DNA of 64,000 nucleotides from Acetobacteraceae bacterium (GTDB lineage Bacteria; Bacillota; Sulfobacillia; JAIMBG01): NCBI GenBank assembly GCA_023511555.1, contig JAIMBG010000001.1, positions 961 to 64,960 of the forward strand, read 5' to 3'. Shown piece by piece: positions 9,684 to 19,699 of this stretch (position 1 is its first letter; each line of letters starts with the position of its first letter). The notes under the pieces were generated by a model. It saw only the letters and a program-made list of their open reading frames with translations, ran no database searches and was not told where the DNA came from. The position numbers and the translations under genes were made by a program.

Positions 9684-9844
9684 GGGAAGGGCGGGCGGCG
9701 GCCAGGGACATCCAGGTGTACTGCACCCCGGTTTGTCAACCAGATCAAGCGGCCAAAAGTTGAGTCCGGGCGAAGGTAGCCGGGTGAAACCCTTCCGGCG
9801 GCCGAGGGAGCCGGTGGCTGCGCCCTGCCCCCACATCCGCTCCT

Positions 9845-10501
9845 CTACCCCCTCCCCTCCAGCCTCACCGCCGGGTACCCCCACCGCCCTGCGTCGGTGT
9901 CCGTGATCAGCGCCGCCCTGCCGGCCGCAGCCGTGTCCTTGAGGACCTCGGCCACCCGGGCCAGGGTGTCGGGGGCCAGGCCGATCGCGGGCTCGTCAAG
10001 TATCAGCAGCCGCGGCGCCGCGCACAGTGCCCGGGCGATGCCCAGCATCACCTTCTGCCCGCTGGATAGCGAGGCAGCCATCTGGCGGGTGCGGGGTGCC
10101 AGGGCGGGGAAGCGTTCCAGCGCGGACGCCACTAGCCGAGCCGCGGCGGACCCAGAGACGCCGGCTCCGTAGCGGGCGGCGAGCAGCAAGTTGTCCAGCA
10201 CGGTAAGGCGGCCGTTTATGAGCTCAGGGGAGCCCAGCACGATGCCCGATCGGGTGAAGCGGTGGGTGGGCCGGCCGGTGAGGTCGCGGCGGCCGAAAAC
10301 CACCCGGCCCCCGGAGGGGCGCATGAACCCCGCCGCCACGCGGGCCAGCGTGGTCTTGCCGCCGCCGTCGCCGCCCGCGACCACCACCACCTCGCCCGGG
10401 GAGATGCGCAGGGAGAACCCCCTCAGCACCAGCGCCCCGTCGTAGCCCGCTGCCACCCCCACCAGCTCAAAGGTTCCGTCCTTCACCCCGCCCACCCCCA
10501 C
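9845..10501 (-). CDS. livF: Branched-chain amino acid ABC transporter ATP-binding protein (LivF-like)
   Basis: Walker A GGDGGGKTT, ABC signature LSSGQ, Walker B LLILDEP. Confidence 0.8.
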   Translation of the reverse strand: MGVGGVKDGTFELVGVAAGYDGALVLRGFSLRISPGEVVVVAGGDGGGKTTLARVAAGFMRPSGGRVVFGRRDLTGRPTHRFTRSGIVLGSPELINGRLTVLDNLLLAARYGAGVSGSAAARLVASALERFPALAPRTRQMAASLSSGQKVMLGIARALCAAPRLLILDEPAIGLAPDTLARVAEVLKDTAAAGRAALITDTDAGRWGYPAVRLEGRG

Positions 10502-10525
10502 TGCCCGCCTTCATCCGCGCCCAGA

Positions 10526-11215
10526 CTACCCCTCTGCCCCGTCCACCAGCCTCCCCTCCCGCATCCTCAGCACCACGGGGCACACCTCCTCCACCAGCCG
10601 CCGGTCGTGGTCTACCAGCAGCACGGCGGCGCCCCAGGCTACCCAGCGCCGCACCGACTGCACCAGGACCTTCAGCGACTCATGGTCGTGGCCGGCCGAA
10701 GGCTCGTCCAGCAGCACCACGGTGGGGTCCATGGCCGCCACCCGGGCCAGCTCCCCCAGCTTCCTTTCCGCCGAGCTGGCCTCGCCGCCGGGGTGGTGGG
10801 CCAGCCTCAGCAGCCCCACCTCGTCAAGCTCCTCCAGTGCCCTGCGGCGCGCCGCCCTGCCGTCAAGGCGGGCGCGGGCGCGGGTGCCCAGCATCACGTT
10901 CTCCAGCACGGTGAGGCTGGCGAACCACGCCGGCCTCTGGACGGTCCGGGCCACGCCCAGGCGCGCCCTGAGGTATGCCGGGAGGCGGGTGATGTCCCGG
11001 CCGTCGAGCAGGACGCGCCCCTGGTCGGGCCGCCCGCTGCCGGAGAGCAGGTCGAGCAGCGTGGTCTTTCCCGCTCCGTTGGGGCCCATGAGCCCCAACG
11101 CCTGGCCAGCCGCCACGCTGAGGCTCACGCGGTCCACGGCCACCGTGCCGGGGAAACGCCGCACCAGGTTCTCCGCCATAAGGCGCGACACGCGCCACCG
11201 CCCCCTCTCGTCCAT
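10526..11215 (-). CDS. livG: Branched-chain amino acid ABC transporter ATP-binding protein (LivG-like)
   Basis: Walker A GPNGAGKTT, Walker B VVLLDEPSAG, H-loop LLVDHD. Confidence 0.8.
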   Translation of the reverse strand: MDERGRWRVSRLMAENLVRRFPGTVAVDRVSLSVAAGQALGLMGPNGAGKTTLLDLLSGSGRPDQGRVLLDGRDITRLPAYLRARLGVARTVQRPAWFASLTVLENVMLGTRARARLDGRAARRRALEELDEVGLLRLAHHPGGEASSAERKLGELARVAAMDPTVVLLDEPSAGHDHESLKVLVQSVRRWVAWGAAVLLVDHDRRLVEEVCPVVLRMREGRLVDGAEG

Positions 11216-11225
11216 CCGGCACCGG

Positions 11226-12356
11226 CTATGGCCGGGAGGGCCGGGGCGAGCGGGCCCCGCGCCCCAGCGCCCACCTCTTCAGCCACCGGGCTATGGCGGC
11301 AATGGCCCCCGCCATGCCGCCGGGGGCGTAGAGCGTCACCAGCAGCAGCAGCGTCCCGTGGAGCAGGGTCTGAAAGTCCCGGGACGCCCGCACTACGTCG
11401 GGCAGGAAGTAGATGAACGCCGCCCCCATAAGCGGCCCGCCCAGGAATCCTTCGCCGCCCACCACCACCATGACCAGTATCGATATGGAAAGTGCAATGT
11501 CGAACATGTCGGGAGAGACGAACCTGAACTGGCCCGCCGTCATCGCCCCTGAAAGGCCGCCCAGGGCGGCGCAGATGCACAGCGCCAGCCGCCTTACCGC
11601 CCGGACGTTCACCCCGCTGCGCCCGGCGGCCACCGGGTCGTCCCTTGTGGCCCGCGTCGCCCGCCCCGGGGCAGTGGTGAGGAACCACCTCAGCACCAGC
11701 AGCCCCGCCACCACCGCCACCCAGGGGAGCCAGGCCGCGACCTGCCGGGAAGCGGCCAGGGCGGGCACGTCCCGCAGCCCGCTGGCCCCCCCGGTGACGG
11801 GTCTCAGCCCCGTGGCGGCGCCCTGCACCACCACCACCAGCGCCAGGGTGGCCAGGGCCGCACCCTGGGTGGGGCTGCCCACCACCGCGGGCGAGACCGT
11901 CAGCGCCACCACGACGGCGGCCGCCCCCCCCAGGGCCGCCGCAAGGGGCGGCGGCACCCCCCGCACCGCAGCCAGGGCGTAGGCGTAGGCGCCCACGCCC
12001 ATGAACGCCGACTGCCCCAGGCAGAGTACGCCCGCCCGGGCCTTGAGGAACCACAGCCCCAGCGCGGCCAGCGCCAGGTGGCCGAGGTCGGTGGCCACGC
12101 CCTGGGCGAAGCGGCTGGTGGCCAGGGCGGGCACCAGCAGGAAGGCCAGGATCAGGGCCGTGCCGGCGGCCTGCGCGGCGGCGGATCCCCGGGGCCGGGT
12201 TGCGGCCTCCGCCGCGACCAAGTCCCGACGAGGGGAGACGGCCTGAGCCTCGGTGCCGGCCTGCGGCCGGGAGTCAGGCTGAGCCGCGGCGGAGGGGGCC
12301 CTGCGGTTCGCCGCGGGCGCTTCGGCCCCCGCCCCCCGCCACCCTTCGGCCCTCAC
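11226..12356 (-). CDS. livM: Branched-chain amino acid ABC transporter permease (LivM-like)
   Basis: Polytopic permease with an extended N-terminus, as in LivM. Confidence 0.75.
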   Translation of the reverse strand: MRAEGWRGAGAEAPAANRRAPSAAAQPDSRPQAGTEAQAVSPRRDLVAAEAATRPRGSAAAQAAGTALILAFLLVPALATSRFAQGVATDLGHLALAALGLWFLKARAGVLCLGQSAFMGVGAYAYALAAVRGVPPPLAAALGGAAAVVVALTVSPAVVGSPTQGAALATLALVVVVQGAATGLRPVTGGASGLRDVPALAASRQVAAWLPWVAVVAGLLVLRWFLTTAPGRATRATRDDPVAAGRSGVNVRAVRRLALCICAALGGLSGAMTAGQFRFVSPDMFDIALSISILVMVVVGGEGFLGGPLMGAAFIYFLPDVVRASRDFQTLLHGTLLLLVTLYAPGGMAGAIAAIARWLKRWALGRGARSPRPSRP

Positions 12357-13183
12357 GTCTCGTCACCGCCCCGCCAGAAGCAGAGCACCAGGATGAGCAG
12401 GGAGAAGGTGATGGCGTCCTTGTAGAGCGATGACCAGAGCGCCGCGGTCAGCGACTCCACCAGCCCGATGGCCACCCCGCCGAGATAAACCCCCGCCGGC
12501 CGCCTCATGCCGCCTATCATCCCGGCCCCGATGCCCCTCAGCAGCAACCCCACCCCGCCGTCGTAGGACAGGTAGGTGACAGGGCCCGCGAGCAGGGCGC
12601 TTGCCGCCAGCAGTGCCCCCGCCATCCCGAAGGCGGTCCGCGCCGCGGCCACAGGGTCCACACCCGCGCCTGCGGCGGCGCGGGGGTCGTCGGCCGTGGC
12701 CCTGAGCGCCCTCCCGGGATGGCTCCTGCGCAGCCAGACCTCCAGCACCGCGGTGCAGAGCAGCGCCCAGGCGATCACCGCCGCCGTCTGCCCCGCCGGG
12801 CCCACCGAGGGGGCAGGGAAAGGGGGTGCGATGGGGTCGCGTCCCCATATCAGCAGGGCCGCCCCCCTCAGCATCCAGGCGGCGGCCGTGGTGACCAGCA
12901 CCACGGTGCCGAGCGGCGCCTGGCGGAGCGGCCTTATGGCGCAGCGCTCCACCAGCAGGCCGCAGCCTGCCCCGGCAGCGACGGCGGCCGGCGCGGCCAG
13001 CAGGGGCGGTGCCCCCGCCGCCAGGCTGTAGAACACCAGGCCGCCCAGCACGTAGAACTCGCCCACGGCCAGGTTGACGGTGCGGATGGCCGCGGCGGAA
13101 AGCACCACGCCCAGGCCGACCAGGGCAAACACGCTTCCGGCCAGAAGCCCGCCGACCGCCGCGCTCAGCAGGGGATGAGCCAC
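12353..13183 (-). CDS. livH: Branched-chain amino acid ABC transporter permease (LivH-like)
   Basis: GTG at 13183 follows a strong GGAGGAGGAGGAG RBS (…VAHPLLSAAVGGLLAGSVFALVGLG…). Maximal ORF extends to 13282. Confidence 0.8.
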   Translation of the reverse strand: MAHPLLSAAVGGLLAGSVFALVGLGVVLSAAAIRTVNLAVGEFYVLGGLVFYSLAAGAPPLLAAPAAVAAGAGCGLLVERCAIRPLRQAPLGTVVLVTTAAAWMLRGAALLIWGRDPIAPPFPAPSVGPAGQTAAVIAWALLCTAVLEVWLRRSHPGRALRATADDPRAAAGAGVDPVAAARTAFGMAGALLAASALLAGPVTYLSYDGGVGLLLRGIGAGMIGGMRRPAGVYLGGVAIGLVESLTAALWSSLYKDAITFSLLILVLCFWRGGDET

Positions 13184-13342
13184 GTCTCCTCCTCCTCCAC
13201 AGCCAGGGGCACCCCTTCGGCCACTCCTCCCTCCGGGGACCATTTGAGCGCCGGCCTGCTCCTGTGCTTCCTGCCGCTCCACCGTCCTGCCACGCCCGCC
13301 CCCGCCCGGCCGTCCTCCTGCGCCGGCAGGCCGTGCCCGCGA

Positions 13343-14488
13343 TTAGGGTGCCGGGGTGAGCACCCCCGCCTTGACCCGGGCGATCATGATGTCGTCCCGG
13401 CCCAGGCCGCGATGATCCTCGGGCGAGAAGTCGTAGCTCCCCGCCAGCCCCTGGTATCCCTTCACGCCCTCCAGGTAGGCCACCACCTTGGCGCTGTCGG
13501 TGCCCACCGCCTCAAACGCCCGGCACAGCAGCGCCAGCGCGTCGTAGGAGTCGTTGGACCCCGAGCCCGGGACGCTGCCGTACTTCTTCACGTACCGCTC
13601 GTGGAAGCTGGCGTTGAGCGCCCTGGCGGGGTGGGATTCGGGAAGGTGCTCCCATATGGCGTCGACGAGGCAGGGCATGTAGAAGTCAGGGGGCTCGATG
13701 TCGGCCAGGCCGCGGAGGAACTCCAGCGAGCGGTTGCCGTGGGAGGTGAACACTGGAACGTTGAGCCCCACGGTCTTAATCGCCCTCAGGGCCACGCCGA
13801 GGGGCTTGCCTACGATCCACACCACCACGGCCTGGGGCTGGCGCGAGGCAATGCGGGCCACCTGGGCGCTGGCATCGACGTCGGCCGGGTTCATCCGCTC
13901 CGCGGCCACCACCTCCAGCCCGTTGCGCTCCGCGGCCCGCCTTAAGCCAGCCTCGGCGACCTCGCCCGTGGCATCGTTGGTGGTGATGAGTGCGAACTTC
14001 TTGAGTCCCTTGTCCCGGAGGTACTCGGCGATGCAGGCGTGGTGGAGGGGTATGAACACCCCGGTGGCGAAGATCATCTTGTGCTCGGGCTGATACGCGG
14101 AGCAGGTGGAGTAGCAGATGGGTCCGTTCTGGACCAGTGGGGCCACCGCGTTCATCTCGCTGACGAGCGCCAGGCCCACGATTGCGACCACCTTATCCTC
14201 TTCGATGAGCTTCCTGGCGCCGGCGACCGCCCGGGCCGGGGTGGACTCGGTGTTGTAGACTACAAGCTGCAACGGACGTCCGCCGACGCCGCCCCTGGCG
14301 CTTATCTCCTCCTCAAACAGCCTGGCGCCCCGCACGTTATCCTGGCCGTAGGAGCTGAACGCTCCGGTCTCGCAGGCTAAGAACCCCACCTTAATGGGCT
14401 CGGCAGGGGCCTTCGCCTCGGGGCGGGTGCAGCCCCAGAGCGCCGCAAGCACGGCCAGCACCATCGCCAGCGCGATCCACCTCTTCAT
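13343..14488 (-). CDS. livK: ABC transporter substrate-binding lipoprotein (LivK/type I periplasmic binding fold)
   Basis: Signal peptide with a Cys (MKRWIALAMVLAVLAALWGC), then a Leu/Ile/Val-binding-protein-like sequence. Confidence 0.8.
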   Translation of the reverse strand: MKRWIALAMVLAVLAALWGCTRPEAKAPAEPIKVGFLACETGAFSSYGQDNVRGARLFEEEISARGGVGGRPLQLVVYNTESTPARAVAGARKLIEEDKVVAIVGLALVSEMNAVAPLVQNGPICYSTCSAYQPEHKMIFATGVFIPLHHACIAEYLRDKGLKKFALITTNDATGEVAEAGLRRAAERNGLEVVAAERMNPADVDASAQVARIASRQPQAVVVWIVGKPLGVALRAIKTVGLNVPVFTSHGNRSLEFLRGLADIEPPDFYMPCLVDAIWEHLPESHPARALNASFHERYVKKYGSVPGSGSNDSYDALALLCRAFEAVGTDSAKVVAYLEGVKGYQGLAGSYDFSPEDHRGLGRDDIMIARVKAGVLTPAP

Positions 14489-14492
14489 GGAC

Positions 14493-15674
14493 TCAGCCCT
14501 CCTCTGCCTTGCTTTGACTTTGATTCTTCCACGCCGTGAACCTGGCCTCCACCTCCGTGGCCGATAGCGCCGGGGCCAGCGCCCGCCATCCCTCTATCAG
14601 CCCGTCGCGCTCCTCCCCGCTAAGCGGCCGGAACTCGGCGGCGTCCACCAGCAGGCGGCTGCCCCGAACCCTGTAGTCCCAAATGCCCACCACGCGGCCC
14701 CTGGACCACAGCGTGGCGGCGACAAATCCCCCCGGCAGGAACAGCCGTTGACGCCATGCGTCGTCGACGAAGCGCTGCCGGTCCTTGAGCCCCAGCACCA
14801 GGGGATCGAAGCGCGGCAGGGGGAAGGCGGTCCGCGACGGCTTCACCGCCGCGAGAGCCGGCATGTCCGCGGCCAGCATAAGGAGGGGCCTTGTCGAGCC
14901 CTCTACCTCCACCTCGGCTACGGCTTCCCCCAACCTGCGGCGTGCGTCCTCGGCCGGCCCCACCCGGTCGAAGCCCGCCCAGTAGGCGAAGTCGGCGGTA
15001 GACGCCGGGCCGTAGGCCCGAAGGTACCGGCGCAGCAGCTCCGCCCTGGCCCGGCCAGCGGCCTCTTCCGGCGCCCCGGTGGGCGACTCCAGTGCCGTCT
15101 CCTCCACCCAGTCCTTGAGCCAGGTCCTGGCCAGAGCGAAGCGGGCCTCGTTGCCCTCGGGCTCGGCGTGGACCAGGAACCCTAAATAGCAGAAGTCCTT
15201 CACGTCCTGCCCCCACTGGGCCCCGGGGATTCGGGCCAGGTCGGGGACCAGCTCGTGGAGCCGACGCCGCGTGGCGGGACCCTGCTCCAGCGCCCGGGCC
15301 ACCTTGCCGGGCAGCGCCTCTATCTCCGCGGGGCTGAACCCGCACTGGGTGAAGAACGCCTGGTAGCCCGCCCCGCGCGGCCTCATGACGGCGCCCAGGA
15401 ACAGGGGGAGGTCCCGCGACGCCAGGAGGTGCAGCGTGCCCCGCATGCACCACACCTTGACCAGGGCCCTCCGCTCATAGAGCTCCTGCTCGAACCGGGC
15501 CCGGTCGTAGCCCGCGACCCGCGCCGCCGCCGACATGGCGGCGCTGGTGAGAAGCTGGGCGTGAAGCCCCAGCACACTTTGCGCCGCCTCCGCCGCGTCC
15601 GCCAGGGCGGCGCCGGGGGCCAGCCCGTGCCGCTCGATGGCTAAAGCCGCCGCCTGTTCCAGGGGGACCTTCAT
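14493..15674 (-). CDS. Winged-helix DNA glycosylase of the YcaQ/AlkZ family
   Basis: ~390 aa, the size of YcaQ/AlkZ (interstrand crosslink/alkyl-lesion glycosylases). A candidate H38-A39-Q40 motif lies at the position of the AlkZ catalytic Q-Phi-Q. Recalled from memory; not profile-searched. Confidence 0.55.
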   Translation of the reverse strand: MKVPLEQAAALAIERHGLAPGAALADAAEAAQSVLGLHAQLLTSAAMSAAARVAGYDRARFEQELYERRALVKVWCMRGTLHLLASRDLPLFLGAVMRPRGAGYQAFFTQCGFSPAEIEALPGKVARALEQGPATRRRLHELVPDLARIPGAQWGQDVKDFCYLGFLVHAEPEGNEARFALARTWLKDWVEETALESPTGAPEEAAGRARAELLRRYLRAYGPASTADFAYWAGFDRVGPAEDARRRLGEAVAEVEVEGSTRPLLMLAADMPALAAVKPSRTAFPLPRFDPLVLGLKDRQRFVDDAWRQRLFLPGGFVAATLWSRGRVVGIWDYRVRGSRLLVDAAEFRPLSGEERDGLIEGWRALAPALSATEVEARFTAWKNQSQSKAEEG

Positions 15675-16876
15675 GGCGCCTGCCCTCCCTCGGGGGGCTT
15701 CCCCCCGGACTCTGCCGCCAGGCGGAGGACCGCCTCCACCAGCTCCAGGGTCTGGGCCGCTGTCCCGAACGTGGACGGCGGCGGGAACCCCATGGCCAGG
15801 CTCACCCTGAACTGCCTCATCTCGCCCAGGTACCCCTGAAGGGCCAGCGTCCCCGTCTCGAGCTGGGGGAGGTGGAAGTTGGGCTCGTAGACCAGGGCGG
15901 CCTCGTCCCCTTCAGCCGGCCTTTCCGGGGGCTGGCCCCGGAACCAGCGCACCCGGACCACGTTCTCTACCTCTGCCCGCATCCTGGTGCCGTACAGCGT
16001 GAGCCGCTCGCAGGGCTCCTGCCAGCCGGCCGATGTGGAGAGCGACAGCGTGCCCAGGGCACCGGAGCTGAACGCCAGCCACACCTGGACGGCCACGGGG
16101 CCCTCGGCCGCCTCCGCGCCCGGTGGTGCGGCGCCCGCCTGAGCCCCCGGGCCCCCGGGCGGGGTGGGGGCTGCCGACGCGCCGTTTGAAGCCTGCGGAC
16201 CGCATGAGGCCTGCGTTGCGGCGGACTGGCCCACTATCGGGCCGCTTAAGCCTTGCCGGCCGCCTGCGGCCGAGCCGGCGGGGGGGCGGGCCGGAACCCG
16301 GGGCCGGCGGGCCTGGACCTCCTCCACCGGCCCGCAGAGGTGGAGCGCCAGGTCGAGGTAGTGGGCTCCGTAGTCGAAGAGGAAGGACTCCAGGGAGCCG
16401 TAGGGGCCGGCGGAGGCCTCCAGGCACAGCAGCAGCGGGCCGCCGAACGCCGGCGAGGAAGATATCCTTCGGGCCCGGGAATAGGAGGGGGCGAAACGCT
16501 TCATGAACCCCGTCTGGGCCAAGAGCCTCTTCTCCTCCGCCAGCCGGGCGATCTCCCGGGCTTCGGCCGCCGTCCTTGCCGGCGGCTTCTCCACGAACAC
16601 CGGCAGCCCCCGGGAAAGGCACTCCCGGGCCAGGGTGCCGTTCAGTTCCCGCGACACCGCTATTACAGCGGCGTCGCATTCTACCGACCCCAGGGCCTCC
16701 TCCAGCGAGCCGAACGCCGGTACCCCGTAGGCCCTGGCCACTGCCTGGGCCCGGTCGGCCTGAGGGTCACAGGCGGCGGCGGGCAAAAGCCCCGACCGCT
16801 CCATCGCCGGCAGCAGCGAGGTGCGCATGTGGGCCCCGCAGCCTACCACCAGCACGCGGGACTCAGACCCGGTCAT
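15671..16876 (-). CDS. Gfo/Idh/MocA-family NAD(P)-dependent oxidoreductase
   Basis: ATG 16876 (MTGSESRVLVVGCGAHMR…, Rossmann GxGxxG) overlaps the upstream SDR stop (ATGA). A long Pro/Ala/Gly low-complexity insertion sits mid-protein. The maximal ORF to 17215 is an antisense artefact. Confidence 0.75.
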   Translation of the reverse strand: MTGSESRVLVVGCGAHMRTSLLPAMERSGLLPAAACDPQADRAQAVARAYGVPAFGSLEEALGSVECDAAVIAVSRELNGTLARECLSRGLPVFVEKPPARTAAEAREIARLAEEKRLLAQTGFMKRFAPSYSRARRISSSPAFGGPLLLCLEASAGPYGSLESFLFDYGAHYLDLALHLCGPVEEVQARRPRVPARPPAGSAAGGRQGLSGPIVGQSAATQASCGPQASNGASAAPTPPGGPGAQAGAAPPGAEAAEGPVAVQVWLAFSSGALGTLSLSTSAGWQEPCERLTLYGTRMRAEVENVVRVRWFRGQPPERPAEGDEAALVYEPNFHLPQLETGTLALQGYLGEMRQFRVSLAMGFPPPSTFGTAAQTLELVEAVLRLAAESGGKPPEGGQAP

Positions 16877-17613
16877 CCCATGATCACCCCGCCCGCCACC
16901 AGCACGTTTTCGCCGGTGATGTAGGGGTGGCCGATAAGGTCGGCGATGAACCGGCCCACCTCGTCGGCCGTGGCCAGCCTGCCCACGGGGATGAGCTGCT
17001 TGGCGTTCTGCTGGAACACGAACCGCTGGGCCGGGGGGTGAAACTCCGTGTCTACCAGGGCGGGGGAGATGACGTTGACCGTTATCCCCTGGGCGGCCAC
17101 CTGGCGGGCCAGGGCCATGGTGAACCCGATGATGCCCGCCTTTGAGGCGCAGTAGTGGATCTCCCCCGCGCCCTGCACGCCGGCGGTGGACGAGAGGCTT
17201 ACGATCCGGCCCCACTTGCGCTGCAGCATACCCGGGAGAACCGCCCGGGTGCAGATGAACGCACCGGTGAGGTTGACCTCCAGCACCCGCCGCCAGCTCT
17301 CGAGGGTCACCTCGCCGCGGGTGGTGATGCCGGCGTTGTTGATGAGCACGTCCACGGGGCCCAGGCCGGCCTCGACAGCCTCCACCATGCTGCGGACCGC
17401 CTCGGGGTCGGAGACGTCGGCCTGGAAGGCCGCGGCCTCGCCGCCGGCAGCCCTTATGGCGGCCGCGGTCTCCTCCGCCGCCGCCCGGTTGCTCAGGTAG
17501 TTCACCGCCACCCTGAGCCCGCGCTCGGCCAGGGCCTTGCAGGTGGCCCTCCCAATGCCCCGCCCGCCGCCCGTGACCAGCGCCGTGCGGCCCTTGAGAT
17601 CCACGTCCTGCAC
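16873..17613 (-). CDS. SDR-family oxidoreductase (3-oxoacyl-ACP reductase-like)
   Basis: TGGGRGIGRA cofactor motif, NNAG, catalytic YCASKAG (YxxxK). Confidence 0.85.
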   Translation of the reverse strand: MQDVDLKGRTALVTGGGRGIGRATCKALAERGLRVAVNYLSNRAAAEETAAAIRAAGGEAAAFQADVSDPEAVRSMVEAVEAGLGPVDVLINNAGITTRGEVTLESWRRVLEVNLTGAFICTRAVLPGMLQRKWGRIVSLSSTAGVQGAGEIHYCASKAGIIGFTMALARQVAAQGITVNVISPALVDTEFHPPAQRFVFQQNAKQLIPVGRLATADEVGRFIADLIGHPYITGENVLVAGGVIMG

Positions 17614-17628
17614 CTCCCTTTCAGGCGT

Positions 17629-19644
17629 CTAGTCCAGCACCAGCGCCTGGGGCAGCGGCAGGGCGGACCACCTGGTCCACCCGGCTTCGGCGTCCCAGGC
17701 CGCCTCCAGCTCGCCCCAGGGCGACCTCGTCAGGGTGAGGTCGTCCACCTTAAGCCAGCGGCGCCCGTCGTCCTCCCAGAGCACATAGGCCGAGCCCCCC
17801 CTGAGCTGCACCAGGGGGCGGCCGCCGAACCTCCGCCAAAGCACCGCCGCCAGCGCCCCGGCGATGTCGGCCGGCCGGCCCCGCCGATAGCGGATGACCT
17901 GGTCCGGCGTCATGAGGCGGTCCCGCTCGGGGAACATGGAGCGGCGCTTTAACCCCTCCGCCCAGCGCAGGAGGTCGTCCCTGGAGCTTATGGCCTTTGC
18001 CGTCTCCTCTACATCGCGGCCGTTCAGCGCGCAGCGGAGGTAGACCTGGGGGTGGGCTACCCTTAGCGTCTGGAAGGCGTACCGGGCCCAGGTGTAGGGG
18101 GAGGGGGGGCGGCGCAGGCTCTCCGCCTCCACGTAGCGGCGCACCGCGGCCGCCAGGCTGCGGGGGGCCGGGTGCTCCGCCGTCGACCCCTGCCAGAACC
18201 CGGTCGCCGGGCTTTCCGCCGGGGCCACTCTGGAGAAGGCGGGGAAGGAAGGCAGGCGCCGGGCCAGGGTCTCCCTGTGCCGCTCTATGGCCTCCGGGGG
18301 GGCGTCGGTCGCCCCCGACTCGTCCCAGAACCAGGCGTCGGTGAACAGCCGGTGGACGGTTCGGGCCCAGTAGCGGGTGGTGGGGAGCATGGGAACCACC
18401 CCGTGGTTGGACACGAGATAGGTGGCGCGCTCCAGGTGGATGACCGCCACCAGGCGCGCGGGCATCTGGACGGTGTAAGCCGTAAAGGGGTCGCACCCCG
18501 AAAGCCGCATGACCGCAGCGTATACCGGCCCCAGGGTGCCGCAGGGTGCCCGCGACTGGCCGTAGCTGCCCTTTATCGCCAGGGCCTCGTCCAGGCCTCC
18601 CCAGGGGAGCGGGCGGCGCTGGGAGCGGGGGACCTCCGGCGGGCGGGGGAAGTGCTCCCCCGCCGCCACCCGGCGGGAAAAGCGCCGGCTCAAGCCCTCC
18701 AGCACCCCGGCGGGGTCGGCGGCAGAGAGCTGATACGCCCAGCGGGCGGTGGTGGTAGACATCATCTCCGCCAGGATGGAGGCCTGCCCCAGCTCGGGGT
18801 GGGCCTCGCGGTAGCGGACCAGCCGGTCAATCGTCCGCTCCAGCAGCTTCAGCGGCACCGGGTCGGCAAAGCGCGCGGCCGGGTCCAGGCCGGCCCCGTG
18901 GGGAAGGTCGGGCTCGCCCAGGGAGCTTATCCTCCGCCAGTTGTTCCACCCCGGCGCCCCGGGGACGGGCGCGGGCGTCCAGGGCTGGGCCTCCTGACCC
19001 TGCTGGAGCCTCCGGCTCAGCCAGGAGACGGCGAAGGGCAGGGCCGCCGACAGCTGGTCCGGGTCGCGGCCCACCACCTCCAGGCGTGGTGCCCGTGGCT
19101 TCTTCGCCGAGACCCTCAGCCGTAAGACGCAGGCGCCCAGCTCCCCCCACTCCCCGGGCGGGGCGATCGCGCCCGAGACCACGGGGGAGAGCGCCGGCCA
19201 GGGGCGCGCCGGTGTGCGCGCCGAGGCGCCGCCGGTGCTGACTCCGGCCGGGGCCAGCACCACGGGCTCCCGCGAGGGGCTGTCGGGCCAGGGCGGGAGG
19301 TCCCGGCGAAACAGGAACAGCTTGACTCGCTGGCGGGTGCCACTCTCCAGCCAGGACACCTGATAGTCGGCGCGCTCCGTCACGTCGTCGAACCCCGGCC
19401 AACTGAGGGTGAAAGACGCCCTGAGCCGGCCGTCCACCCCCTCGCCCGAGATCTCGTCTATGGCCACCTGGACCCGGCTGGGAGGGGGGTCGGTGGTGTA
19501 GCCGCAAAACCACGCGGTGAGCGCGGGCTCGTCGTGCCCCTCCAGCACGAAGGTGTCCAGAAACCGCCTGAGGTCGCCGGAGAGCAGCGCCGCCCGCTGC
19601 TCCTCGAGCAGCCGCCAGGCCTCTTCCTCGCGCACGTCACGCAC
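17629..19644 (-). CDS. Hypothetical 671-aa protein, possible transglutaminase-like Cys/His core
   Basis: No strong family recall. The C…H…D spacing (…CGTLGPVYAAVMRL…RLVAVIHLERATYLVSNHG…) resembles a transglutaminase-like cysteine protease core. Co-oriented and tightly spaced with neighbours. Confidence 0.45.
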   Translation of the reverse strand: MRDVREEEAWRLLEEQRAALLSGDLRRFLDTFVLEGHDEPALTAWFCGYTTDPPPSRVQVAIDEISGEGVDGRLRASFTLSWPGFDDVTERADYQVSWLESGTRQRVKLFLFRRDLPPWPDSPSREPVVLAPAGVSTGGASARTPARPWPALSPVVSGAIAPPGEWGELGACVLRLRVSAKKPRAPRLEVVGRDPDQLSAALPFAVSWLSRRLQQGQEAQPWTPAPVPGAPGWNNWRRISSLGEPDLPHGAGLDPAARFADPVPLKLLERTIDRLVRYREAHPELGQASILAEMMSTTTARWAYQLSAADPAGVLEGLSRRFSRRVAAGEHFPRPPEVPRSQRRPLPWGGLDEALAIKGSYGQSRAPCGTLGPVYAAVMRLSGCDPFTAYTVQMPARLVAVIHLERATYLVSNHGVVPMLPTTRYWARTVHRLFTDAWFWDESGATDAPPEAIERHRETLARRLPSFPAFSRVAPAESPATGFWQGSTAEHPAPRSLAAAVRRYVEAESLRRPPSPYTWARYAFQTLRVAHPQVYLRCALNGRDVEETAKAISSRDDLLRWAEGLKRRSMFPERDRLMTPDQVIRYRRGRPADIAGALAAVLWRRFGGRPLVQLRGGSAYVLWEDDGRRWLKVDDLTLTRSPWGELEAAWDAEAGWTRWSALPLPQALVLD

Positions 19645-19699
19645 CCCCCGAGGGCCCGGCCTGAAGGCCCCGCCGGTGATCCGAGGGTCCGCCGCTGAT

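Noticed and set aside
9684-9844. Possible bidirectional terminator between the convergent TadE/G-like gene and livF (GCCGG-gtgaaaccctt-CCGGC)
   Set aside because: Only a 5-bp stem with no U-tract; too weak to call.
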